From the NCBI GenBank assembly GCA_965225945.1, contig CBDDBZ010000030.1, positions 96,001 through 160,000 of the forward strand: a DNA stretch of 64,000 nt. The letters are read 5' to 3'. The first letter of the stretch is position 1. Each line of letters starts with the position of its first letter. This DNA is from Alphaproteobacteria bacterium (GTDB lineage: Bacteria; Pseudomonadota; Alphaproteobacteria; GCA-2731375). The position numbers and the translations under genes are program-made. Below are positions 51,166 to 64,000 of this stretch, piece after piece. The notes beneath the pieces are model-generated. The model did no database searches. It had not been told where the DNA came from and was given only the letters and a program-made list of their open reading frames with translations.

Positions 51166-51834
51166 CTATTCCAGCGAAATTCGCAAGCCGGCGGCCGCCG
51201 CCCAGGGCGCCAGCGCGATCGAGCCCAGGAGGCCGGCGCCGAGCAGCAGCAGGTGCGGGCGAGGCGAAAGCTCGAGGATCGCCGCCTCCGAGGCCGCGAC
51301 GCCGAAGATCAGCACCGGCAGGTAGAGCGGCAGGACCAAAAGGCTCAACAGCACGCCGCCGCGGCGCATGCCGACGGTCAGCGCCGCGCCGATCGCCCCC
51401 ACCAGGCTCAGGATCGGCGTGCCGAGCCCCATCGCCATGACGAGGACCACGAGGCCCGCCGGGTCCATTTGCAAGGCGAGCGCCAGCACCGGGGCGGCGA
51501 CGATCAGCGGCAGACCGGAGCTCAGCCAATGGGCCAGCGCCTTGGCCAGCACGACGAGCTCCAGCGGCGGGCCGGCCAGCGCCAGGAGCTCCAGGCCGCC
51601 GTCCTCCCAGTCCGCCTGGAACATGCGATCCAGTGCGATCAAGGTCGCCAGCAGCGCCGCGACCCAGACCACGCCCGAGGCGATCCGGGCCAGCACCACA
51701 GCCTCCGGCCCGACGCCCAGGGGAAAGAGCGTCACGGTCATGACGAAGAACGCCACCACCAGCAAGGTGGCGCCGCCTTGGCGACGGGCGATCAGCAAGT
51801 CTCGGGCGACGATGGCGAGGAGTGCGTCCATCAC
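51166..51834 (-). CDS. ccmB: Heme exporter protein B
   Basis: LFPLGVGP, WVAALLA, DWEDGGLE, KALAHW, LPLYLPVLIFG. Confidence 0.95.
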   Translation of the reverse strand: MMDALLAIVARDLLIARRQGGATLLVVAFFVMTVTLFPLGVGPEAVVLARIASGVVWVAALLATLIALDRMFQADWEDGGLELLALAGPPLELVVLAKALAHWLSSGLPLIVAAPVLALALQMDPAGLVVLVMAMGLGTPILSLVGAIGAALTVGMRRGGVLLSLLVLPLYLPVLIFGVAASEAAILELSPRPHLLLLGAGLLGSIALAPWAAAAGLRISLE

Positions 51835-52439
51835 CTGGCCCCGAGTTCCAGCACGTCGGCCTGGGCGAGATCGAGCCCGACGTGGGTCGCGACGATCGCC
51901 ATGCCGCCGCCTGCCCGGTGCGCCTCGATGGCGGCGGTGATGCGCGCGACGCCGTCCTCGTCGAGCGACACCGCCGGCTCGTCCAACAGCCAGAGCGGCG
52001 CCTCGCCCAACAGCGGGCGCGCCAGGGCGACGCGCTTGCGCTGCCCGGCGGAGAGACGCTGGGTCGCCACGTCGGCCAACCGATCGATCGCCAGCGCCCG
52101 CATCGCCTCGTCGAGGCCGCCCGGGCGGCCGCCTAGGCGCGCCCAGAAGGCGAGATTTTCGCGCACCGTCAGCAGCGCCTTCACCGCGTCCGCATGGCCG
52201 ACGAAGGCGAGCCGGCGGCGCTGCGCCTCGACATCGGCGAACACGTCCTCGCCGTCCCAGGCGAGCCTGCCGTCCTCCGGTCTGAGCAGCGTCGCGATAA
52301 GCCGCAGCAGGGTGCTCTTGCCGCTGCCGTTGGGGCCGCGCAGGATCAGCGCGCCGCCGGCCGCCAGCTCGAAACTAAGATCGCGCAAGACGAGACGCTC
52401 GCCCCGGCGGCAGGCCAGCCCCCGCGCCGCCAGTGCCAC
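51831..52439 (-). CDS. ccmA: Heme ABC exporter ATP-binding protein
   Basis: LACRRGER, GPNGSGKST, GHADAVK, LSAGQRKR, LWLLDEP. Confidence 0.93.
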   Translation of the reverse strand: MALAARGLACRRGERLVLRDLSFELAAGGALILRGPNGSGKSTLLRLIATLLRPEDGRLAWDGEDVFADVEAQRRRLAFVGHADAVKALLTVRENLAFWARLGGRPGGLDEAMRALAIDRLADVATQRLSAGQRKRVALARPLLGEAPLWLLDEPAVSLDEDGVARITAAIEAHRAGGGMAIVATHVGLDLAQADVLELGAR

Positions 52440-52454
52440 GGCCGCTCACTCCCC

Positions 52455-53696
52455 CTAGTCGAGCTTGCGCGCGTCGTCGACCACGCGCCCGTCGTCCGCC
52501 AGCTCGTCCGCGGGCACGAAGGCGACGGCGCCGCGAAGCTTCAGCACGCTCTGGATCGAGAGCTCGATGGCGCCGCGCAATTCCTCGCTCTCTTGGCCCA
52601 CCGCGACCTGGAGCGTCATCCGGTCGACGCTGTCCGGGTTCTCCAGCACGAGGCGCGCCTTGGTGATCTCGGGGTGGCGGCGCGCGATGTCCCCCACGTT
52701 CGAGGGATGCACGAACATGCCCTTGAACTTGGCCGACTGATCGGCCCGGCCCAACCAGCCCTTGATCCGGAGGTTGGTCCGCCCGCAGGGACTCGGGCCC
52801 GGGAGAAATTGCGAGAGGTCGCCGGTGCCGTAGCGGATCAGCGGGTAGACGGAATTGAAGGTGGTGACCACGACCTCGCCGACCTCGCCCTCGCCCACCG
52901 GCCGGGTGCCGCCGGGCTCGACCAATTCGAAATAGATGCCTTCATCGACGATCATGCCTTCGCGCGCCGAGCTCTCGAAAGCGATCAGGCCGACGTCGGC
53001 GGTGCCGTAGCTGTTGGCGACCTCGATGCCGCGGGCCGACAGCAGCTCGCGCACCGCCGGCGTCAGCGCCTCGGCGCCGACCACGCCTACTTGAATCGAG
53101 GAGGTGTCGATTCCCATCTCGTCGCCCTTCTCCACCAGAATTCGGAGGAAGGAGGGCGTGCCGACATAGCTCCGGGGGCGGATCCGGCCGATCGCCTGGA
53201 GCTGGATCTCGGTGTTGCCGACGCCGCCCGGAAACACGGTGCAGCCGATGGCGTGGGCCGAGTTTTCGACCATCGCGCCGGCTGGCGTCAGATGATAGGC
53301 GAAGGTGTTGTGGACGATGTCGCCCGGCCGCATCCCGGCGGCCCACAGGCAGCGGGCGAAACGGCCGAAATCCTCGGCCCCGCCGCCGGGTTCGTAGACC
53401 GGTCCCGGCGACATGAAGATCTGCGCGATAGGGCCCGTGTCGCGCGCGGCGAGGCCGCCGAAGGGAGGGGCCGCCTGTTGTGCTTCGACGATGTCCGGCT
53501 TGCGGGTGACGGGAAGTGCCGCCAGCGCGTCGAGATCGCCGATATCTTCCGCCGCGACGTCGCCAAGCAGGGCGCCGAAGAATTCGGTATTGGCCTTGGC
53601 ATGGGCGATTTGGCGGCGCAGCGCGACGAGCTGTTCGGCGCGGCGCGCCTCGGGTTCGCGGGTCTCGAGCGCGTCGTAATGCTCGTCGTGGACCAT
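52455..53696 (-). CDS. Phenylacetate-CoA ligase-like AMP-binding protein
   Basis: SPGPVYEP, YHLTPAG, YGTADVG, RYGTGDLS, GRADQ. Confidence 0.85.
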   Translation of the reverse strand: MVHDEHYDALETREPEARRAEQLVALRRQIAHAKANTEFFGALLGDVAAEDIGDLDALAALPVTRKPDIVEAQQAAPPFGGLAARDTGPIAQIFMSPGPVYEPGGGAEDFGRFARCLWAAGMRPGDIVHNTFAYHLTPAGAMVENSAHAIGCTVFPGGVGNTEIQLQAIGRIRPRSYVGTPSFLRILVEKGDEMGIDTSSIQVGVVGAEALTPAVRELLSARGIEVANSYGTADVGLIAFESSAREGMIVDEGIYFELVEPGGTRPVGEGEVGEVVVTTFNSVYPLIRYGTGDLSQFLPGPSPCGRTNLRIKGWLGRADQSAKFKGMFVHPSNVGDIARRHPEITKARLVLENPDSVDRMTLQVAVGQESEELRGAIELSIQSVLKLRGAVAFVPADELADDGRVVDDARKLD

Positions 53697-53782
53697 CGGC
53701 GCGGGACCTCCCTCGATGTCTTTAAAAGGAAAAGGCGGCGGCCCCGGTACGGCCCCTGGGCCCGGCCCCGGCGGCTTCGACC

Positions 53783-54595
53783 TCAGGCGAGCCAACGCTT
53801 GCGGCGGCGGTAGTGCTTGAGGTCGCGGAAGCTGGTCTTATCGCCACCGCTGAAGCCGAGGTAGAACTCCTTGACGTCCTCGTTGTTCGCCAGCGACTCG
53901 GCGGCGCCGTCGAGCACCACGCGGCCGTTCTCCAGCACATAGCCATAGTCGGAATAGCGTAGCGCCACCGTGGCGTTCTGCTCCGCCAGGAGGAAACTCA
54001 CGCCTTCCTCCTTGTTGAGCCGGGCGACGATCTCGAAGATCTCCACCACGAGCTGCGGCGCCAGACCCAACGAGGGCTCGTCGAGCAGGATCAGCTTCGG
54101 CTTGGCCATGAGCGCGCGGCCGATCGCCGTCATCTGCTGCTCGCCACCGGAGATGTAGCCGGCGAGCGAGCCGCGGCGCTTCTCGAGCCTGGGGAAATAG
54201 CCGTAGACCATCTCCAGGTCCCGCTGCACGGCGGCCCGCCCGTCGCGACGGGTATAGGCGCCGGTCAACAGGTTCTCGTCGACGGTCAGATGCTCGAAGC
54301 AATGGCGCCCCTCCATCACCTGGGTGACGCCGCGCTTGACCAATACCGAGGGGTTGAGGGCCTGGACTTCGCCGCCTTCGTAGATGATGGAGCCCTTGGT
54401 GACCTCCCCCCTCTCGGCGCCCAGGAGATTGGAGATCGCCTTCAAGGTGGTGGTCTTGCCCGCGCCGTTGGCGCCGAGGACGGCGACGACGCCGCCCTCG
54501 GGCACCTGGAGCGACACGCCACGCAACACCAGGATCACATGGTCGTAGATGACCTCGATGTTGTTGACGACGAGGAGATTTTCCCTCTCGCTCAC
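53783..54595 (-). CDS. ABC transporter ATP-binding protein (LivF-like)
   Basis: GANGAGKTT, SGGEQQM, LDEPSLGLAP. Confidence 0.92.
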   Translation of the reverse strand: MSERENLLVVNNIEVIYDHVILVLRGVSLQVPEGGVVAVLGANGAGKTTTLKAISNLLGAERGEVTKGSIIYEGGEVQALNPSVLVKRGVTQVMEGRHCFEHLTVDENLLTGAYTRRDGRAAVQRDLEMVYGYFPRLEKRRGSLAGYISGGEQQMTAIGRALMAKPKLILLDEPSLGLAPQLVVEIFEIVARLNKEEGVSFLLAEQNATVALRYSDYGYVLENGRVVLDGAAESLANNEDVKEFYLGFSGGDKTSFRDLKHYRRRKRWLA

Positions 54596-54640
54596 GGCAT
54601 TCCCTACCGGGTTACTCGACTAGACGTGGAACCGGACGGC

Positions 54641-55963
54641 TCAGCCTTCCTTGGAGCAATCACGCGGGGTGATGTTGTTCTCCTTGGCGAACTTCGCCGC
54701 ATCGGCCTCGATCAGCGGGCGGGTGATATCGCGCATGACCGGGATCCAGTCGCTGACGATCTTCCACTCTTTGACCTTGGCGTCCCACTGCTGGAACAGT
54801 ACCGGATGTGCGCCCTCGTGGTCCTCGCAGGTGACCTTGATCTCCGGATAGCCGGAGAGGCCGATCTTTTCCCAACCCGCGGGCGTGATGTGGGTGTTCT
54901 CGAGACCCCAGCGGACATGCGTGCCCGTGACGACCTTCACGCCGAACTTCTTCTGCGCCTTCTTGATCGCCTCGATGACGAAGACCATGTTCAGCACGGC
55001 GCGGTTGTAGAGGACCTCTCCGACCCGCTCCCTGACGCCGGCGCCCTTGCCGCGGTCGTAGACATACTTGCGGATGTCGTCGTGCAGCTTGCTCTTGCCG
55101 CCGGGCGCATGGAAGGTCGCCGACTTGTAGCCGTGCCCGACATCACCGACCGGGCCCATGTCGACCTCGGTGCCCGACCACCAGTTGCCGATGAAGTGGT
55201 CCATCGGGTAGCCGATCTCGGCCGCGCTCTTCAACGCCACCTGGTTCATCACGCCCCAGCCGGAGAGGAAGATGTAGTCTGGCTTCCAACGGCGGATCTG
55301 CAGCCAGGTCGCCTTCTGCTCCTGCCCCGGATGGTCGACGGCAAGCATCTTCAGCTCGTAGCCGAACTTCTTGGAGAGGATCTCCAGCGTCGGGTTGGCT
55401 TCCTTGCCGTAGGCGCTGTTGTGGTAGATGTGGGCGATCTTCATGCCCTTGAGCTTGTCGAGGCCGCCTTCTTGCAGGCCCATGTAGTTGATGACGGCGC
55501 TGGCCTGGTTCCAGTAAGTGGTCGGGAAGTTGAACACCCACTTGAAGACCCGGCCGTCGGCCGCCGACGTGCGGCCGTAACCCATGGAGAAGATGGGGAT
55601 CTTATCCACCGGCGACTTGGGGATGAGCTGATAGGTGATGCCCGTCGAATACGGGAAGATCACGACGGGCTTTTTCGATTTGAACTTCTCATAGCATTCG
55701 ACGCCGATTTTCGTGTTGTACTGGGTTTCGCACTCCTTCAGCTCCAACATGACGCCATTGACGCCGCCGTCTCTTTCGTTGATGAGCGTGACGTAGTCCT
55801 TGATGCCGTTGGCAGAGGGGATTCCGCCGGGCGCGTAGGGGCCCGTCCTGTACACCAGTGCCGGGATGAAGATGGTTTCCGCCGCGATGGCGACATCGGC
55901 GGCCACCATGCCGCCCACCGCCGCCACCGACGCCATCCCCAGGATGGCCTTTCTAATAAACAT
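54641..55963 (-). CDS. ABC transporter substrate-binding protein (Leu/Ile/Val-binding fold)
   Basis: Signal peptide, YRTGPYA, INERDGGVNG, CEDHEG. Confidence 0.9.
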   Translation of the reverse strand: MFIRKAILGMASVAAVGGMVAADVAIAAETIFIPALVYRTGPYAPGGIPSANGIKDYVTLINERDGGVNGVMLELKECETQYNTKIGVECYEKFKSKKPVVIFPYSTGITYQLIPKSPVDKIPIFSMGYGRTSAADGRVFKWVFNFPTTYWNQASAVINYMGLQEGGLDKLKGMKIAHIYHNSAYGKEANPTLEILSKKFGYELKMLAVDHPGQEQKATWLQIRRWKPDYIFLSGWGVMNQVALKSAAEIGYPMDHFIGNWWSGTEVDMGPVGDVGHGYKSATFHAPGGKSKLHDDIRKYVYDRGKGAGVRERVGEVLYNRAVLNMVFVIEAIKKAQKKFGVKVVTGTHVRWGLENTHITPAGWEKIGLSGYPEIKVTCEDHEGAHPVLFQQWDAKVKEWKIVSDWIPVMRDITRPLIEADAAKFAKENNITPRDCSKEG

Positions 55964-56068
55964 GACCTACTACCTCCCTTCGGTCTTTTCGCGTCCCTCA
56001 TGGGATCGCGCGATCTCGGACCCTAGCAAATCCGAATGCGGCTCACAATTCACGAAGCCGCCGGCCCG

Positions 56069-57145
56069 TCAATAAGGAAATGGCCAGACCCTGAGTTTTT
56101 CCTTGGCGATCTGCCAGAGCCGGGCCAGCCCCAGCGGCTCGACGACCAGGAAAAAGATGATCAGGCCGCCGAAGATGATGAACTCGAGATGTTTCGCGGT
56201 CACCGCCTGGAAGCCCAGGAGATCGACCATGAAGTTGTTCAGCGCGATCGGCATCAAGATGATGAAGGCGGCGCCGAAGAACGCACCCATGATGGAGCCC
56301 AGGCCGCCGATGATAATCATGAACAGCACCTGGAACGACTGGTTGATCTCGAAGGCCTCGTTGGTCTCCACCGAGCCGAGCCAGACCGCCCAGGTCATGG
56401 CACCGGCCACGCCGATGTAGAAGGAGCTGACGGTGAAGGCCAGCAGCTTGGTCTGGAACGGCCGGAAGCCGATCAGCTCGGCGGCGATATCCATGTCGCG
56501 GACCGCCATCCAGGAGCGGCCGATGGGACTTCTGACGAGGTTCTTGGCCACCAGGGCGAAGACCACCACCAGGATCAGCGCGAACAGATAGCGCGCTTCC
56601 GGCGTCGCATGGGGACCCGTCACCAAGACGCCGAAGGCCTCGCGCGGCGGCGCCGTGATGGTGCCCGACGGCGTGTAGTTCACGAACCACGGCACCTTGT
56701 TGTAGAGCCAGCCGAGGAAGAACTGCGCCGCCAGCGTCGCCACGGCGAGATAGAAGCCCTTGATCCTGAGGCTGGGGATGCCGAAAATCATGCCGACGCC
56801 GGCGGTGATCAGGCCGGCGGTGAGGAAGACGACGATGATGTTGAGCTCGGGAAAGGCGGTCATCAGCTTGTAGGCCGCCACCGCGCCCGTCGCCATGAAG
56901 GCGCCGGTGCCGAGCGAGAGCTGGCCGCAATAGCCGGTCAGCAGGTTGAGCCCGATCGCCGCCATCGAATAGCACAGCACCGGGATCATGATCGCCTGCA
57001 GGAAATACTCGTCGCCGAAGGTCGGCACGGCGACGAACATGACCACGAGCACCAAGGCGATGAACCAGCGATCCTGCTTCAGCGGGAAGATCGCCTGGTC
57101 GGCGTCGTAGTGCGATTTGAACTGACCCGCCTCGCGATAGATCAT
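56069..57145 (-). CDS. ABC permease (LivM-like)
   Basis: GLNLLTGYCGQLSLG, RIKGFYLAVATLA, IIGGLGS. Confidence 0.92.
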   Translation of the reverse strand: MIYREAGQFKSHYDADQAIFPLKQDRWFIALVLVVMFVAVPTFGDEYFLQAIMIPVLCYSMAAIGLNLLTGYCGQLSLGTGAFMATGAVAAYKLMTAFPELNIIVVFLTAGLITAGVGMIFGIPSLRIKGFYLAVATLAAQFFLGWLYNKVPWFVNYTPSGTITAPPREAFGVLVTGPHATPEARYLFALILVVVFALVAKNLVRSPIGRSWMAVRDMDIAAELIGFRPFQTKLLAFTVSSFYIGVAGAMTWAVWLGSVETNEAFEINQSFQVLFMIIIGGLGSIMGAFFGAAFIILMPIALNNFMVDLLGFQAVTAKHLEFIIFGGLIIFFLVVEPLGLARLWQIAKEKLRVWPFPY

Positions 57146-57148
57146 GAT

Positions 57149-58144
57149 CTAGACCCTCTCGATGATCTTGTCGCCGAACAGGCCCTGCGGCCGGAACAGC
57201 AGGAACACCAGCGCCAACATGTAGGCGAACCAGTTCTCGATCGCGCCGTTGACCAGCGGGCCCCAGTAGACCTCCGCCACCTTCTCGCCGACGCCGATGA
57301 TCAGGCCGCCGACGATGGCGCCGGGCACCGAGGTGAAGCCGCCCAGGATCAGCACCGGCAGCGCCTTCAAAGCGATCAGCGAAAGCGAGAACTGCACGCC
57401 GCTGCGCGTCCCCCACATGATGCCCGCGACCAGGGCGACGATGCCGGCCACCGACCAGACGATGATCCAGATCGTCTGCAACGGGATGCCGACGGAGAGC
57501 GCCGCCTGGTGATCGTCGGCCACGGCGCGGAGCGCCCGGCCGACCCGGGTCTTCTGGAAAAACAGTGCCAGCACGATCACCATCACGGCGGCCACCACAG
57601 TGGCCCAGATGTCGAACACCTGGAACAGGATGCCCTGCCAGATGAAGTTGCCCTGGGGGATGCCGATGTCGAGCGCCTTGATCTCGCCGCCCCACATGAT
57701 TTCGCCGACCCCTTGCAGCACGAAGGCGAGGCCGATGGTCGACATGAACAAGATGATCGGGTCCTGGTTCACCAGGGGTCTCAGCACGAATTTCTCGATC
57801 ACGATGGCGAGGACGACCATGGCGGCGATGGTAACGATGATGGCGAGCCAGGGCGGCATCGCCAGCCAGCCGATCTCGGAGAGCACGATCGGCACGGTGC
57901 CGGTCATCAGCCCGACCAGGGTGAGCGCGGCGAACAGCGCGAGGATTCCCTGGGCGAAGTTGAACACGCCCGAGGCCTTGAAGATCAGCACGAAGCCCAG
58001 CGCCACCAGCGAATACATCACGCCCGACATCAGCCCGCCGATCACCACCTCGGCGAAGAACTCCGGCGCATCGATCATGTCCAGGATCGGCGCCTCGACG
58101 ACATCGACATAGAGCGGCAGCAGAAACTCGCCCCAGAATTCCAT
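57149..58144 (-). CDS. ABC permease (LivH-like)
   Basis: YSLVALGFVLIFKASGVFNFAQG, GRALRAVA, RPQGLFG. Confidence 0.92.
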   Translation of the reverse strand: MEFWGEFLLPLYVDVVEAPILDMIDAPEFFAEVVIGGLMSGVMYSLVALGFVLIFKASGVFNFAQGILALFAALTLVGLMTGTVPIVLSEIGWLAMPPWLAIIVTIAAMVVLAIVIEKFVLRPLVNQDPIILFMSTIGLAFVLQGVGEIMWGGEIKALDIGIPQGNFIWQGILFQVFDIWATVVAAVMVIVLALFFQKTRVGRALRAVADDHQAALSVGIPLQTIWIIVWSVAGIVALVAGIMWGTRSGVQFSLSLIALKALPVLILGGFTSVPGAIVGGLIIGVGEKVAEVYWGPLVNGAIENWFAYMLALVFLLFRPQGLFGDKIIERV

Positions 58145-58172
58145 CTCGAAGGCTCCTCCCGCGCGGGCGCGC

Positions 58173-58978
<806 letters not shown>

Positions 58979-58982
<4 letters not shown>

Positions 58983-60949
58983 GCCGCCTTGCGTCGTTCG
59001 CCGTCGCCGACGAAGGTTTCGGCCTCGCCGATCTTGAGATCCGCCTTCATCTGGCCGGTGTGGCCGTCCTCGAAGGTCACACTCGTTTCGATGCTGACGT
59101 CGCGGGCATCGCTGAAGAGGGCGTCGATCAGCGGGCTGTAGCGATCGGCGATGATCCGCCGGCGCACCTTGCGGGTCCGGGTAAGTTCGCCGTCGTCCGC
59201 GTCCAGCTCCTTGTGCAGCAGCAGGAAGCGTTTGATCTGCGAGCCGGCGAGCGCGCTATCGCGCGAGAGCGTCAAGTTGACGGCCTCGATGCAGCCCTTG
59301 ATCAGGTCGTAGACCTCGTCGCGCGAGGCGAGGTCGGTGAAGTTGGTGTAGGAGATGGCGCTCCGCTCGGCCCAGTTGCTGGTCGCCTCCAGGTCGATCA
59401 CGACGAAGCAGGCGACATGGTCCTGGCCGTCGCCGTGGGCCACCGCCTCGCGGACGAAGGGATGGAATTTCAGCTTGTTCTCGATGTACTGCGGCGCGAA
59501 GAGCGTACCGTCGTTGAGCTTGCCCACGTCCTTGGCCCGATCGATGACCTTGAGGTGGCCGGTATCGTCGAGAATCCCGGCATCGCCCGTGTGCACCCAG
59601 CCGTCCGCATCCAGGGTTTCGGCCGTCGCCTCGTCGTTCTTGAAATAGCCGATGAAGTTGCCCGGGCTCTTGTAGAGGATTTCGCCGTCCTCGGTGATCT
59701 TCAGCTCGACTCCGGGGCAAGCCGGCCCGACGGTGTCGAGCTTGACGTCCCCGTCGCGCTGAATGCAGGTGTAGGCTGAGGACTCGGTCTGGGCGTAGAG
59801 CTGCTTCAGGTTGAGCCCGATCGAGCGGTAGAAGTTGAATACCTCCTCGCCGAGCGGCGCGCCGCCGGTATAGGCCAGTCTCGCGCGACTGAGGCCGAAG
59901 TTGTTCAGCAGCGGACCGTAGATGATATAGGAGCCCAGCGCGTAGAGCAGCCGATCGATGCCACCGACCGCCCGGCCTTCCAGCAGGTCGATGCCGACCC
60001 GCCCGGCGAGCTTGGTGAAATAGTCGAAGATTTTTCGCTGCAGCCAACCGGCGTCCTCCATCCGGACCTGGATCTGGGTGAGGAAGGTCTCCAGGATCGC
60101 CGGCGGCAGCAGCGCCATGGTCGGCCCGATGTCCTTGAGGTCCCCCATCACGGTGTCCGAGTTCTCGGGACAATTGACCGTGAAGCCGACGACTCGTTGC
60201 TGCGCCACCGAGAAGAAGTGGTCGCCGACCCAGGCGAGCGGCAGATAGGCCAGGATCTCCTCCTTGTCGGTGAGCAACTCCATCTCGGATTGCAGGCGCG
60301 CGCTTTCCAGCAGGCCTCGGAAGCTCAGCAGGACGCCCTTCGGGTCGCCCGTGGTACCGGAGGTGTAAGCGATGATGGCGACGTCGTCCGCCTTGCCCTC
60401 GGCCACCTGGGCCAGGAAGAAGTCGGGGTTGGCCGCGCCATGGGCGCGTCCCCGCTCGATCAGGCTCTCCAGCGAATGCAGGTCGTCGCTGGCATAATGC
60501 CGCATGCCCTTGGAATCCTCGAAAATCAGGTGCTCGATCGCCGGCACCTTTTCGCGCACCGATTGGACCTTGTCGATCTGCTCCTGATCCTCGCAGATGG
60601 CCATCCGGACCTCGGCGTGCCGCAGCACGTAGAGCATCTCGTCGGCAACCGATTCCGCATAGAGCGGCACCGGGATTGCGCCCACCGCCTGCACCGCGTC
60701 GAAGGCCAGGTAGAGCTCCGGCCGGTTGGAGCCGATGATGGCGATCGTGTCGCCGCGCTTCACGCCCAGGTCGGCCAGGCCGCAGGCGAAGTCGCGAACT
60801 TGGTCGGCGGCCTGCTTCCAGGTCCAGGTCTGCCAGATACCGAGGTCTTTCTCCCGATACGCCGGCCGCCCGCCCCGCTCCTCGGCATGCTTGAGAAGAA
60901 GCTTCGGGCTGGTGTCATAGGCCTTCAACGACGTCTGAAGTTCCGACAT
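58979..60949 (-). CDS. Long-chain fatty acid-CoA ligase
   Basis: YTSGTTGDPKG, YAQTE, GWVHTGD, IDRAKD. Confidence 0.9.
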
Positions 60950-60960
60950 CGAACGTCCTT

Positions 60961-61000
60961 CCCCCTTCAAGGGCTCCGGCCCCCCTTCAAGGGCTCCGGC
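60961..61000. repeat. Perfect 20-bp tandem duplication
   Basis: CCCCCTTCAAGGGCTCCGGC twice, immediately upstream of the ligase RBS. Confidence 0.9.
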
Positions 61001-61341
61001 CGTCCGACGGACGTCGCGGCCGCGCGCACGGGTCGGCCCCCAAAACCGGCCCGCGAGACCGTCGGTAATCCGTCTCCGGCAGGTGCCTCCCGATCGTCGA
61101 GCGCCGACGGGGCCCCAGGTGGCCCACCCGGTGGCGCAGCGCTATTAGTCCACTTCCGCGCGTGGCGTCAAGCTGTCGCCCGAGATTGCGGCCCTCGATC
61201 CTCACGTCAACGTCGCAATCCGGCGCCGATCAGGCTACAAGGGGCCGTGCAACGCCACCGTGCCGGAATCGCGATCGGCCCCGGCCGAATTTCGTCGGCA
61301 CGGTCGGACGTCCGACAAATCGTCGCGAAGGAGGTCGATCG

Positions 61342-64000
<2,659 letters not shown>

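Overview
GC-rich alphaproteobacterial (Rhodospirillales-like, by gene content) chromosome segment. The core genes are: NAD-glutamate dehydrogenase, a SelD fusion next to tRNA-Sec, a DevBCA/TolC-type exporter, a PHA locus (phaR, phaC-like, phaA, phaB), a Fur-boxed Fe3+ ABC system, ccmAB, an acyl-CoA ligase/ABC uptake operon and a partial acnA. Three things are hidden from the ORF track. (1) Two convergent selenoprotein genes, a Sec-peroxiredoxin and a UGSC-family protein, each with an in-frame TGA and a SECIS-like hairpin, lie next to F420-type oxidoreductase genes. (2) Two IS110-family (IS1111-type) elements have a 3' non-coding end that folds, by eye, into a bridge/seek-RNA-like structure whose loops match their own target and donor sites; a duplicated second terminal module follows it. 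(3) A 755-bp transposase-less IS1595-like cassette occurs in two copies with 8-bp TSDs. Nested insertions (IS21 in IS110, the cassette in IS66, both outer elements in REP-like hairpins) and IS91/IS3 insertions disrupt several genes. All family assignments are by motif recognition, not by database search.
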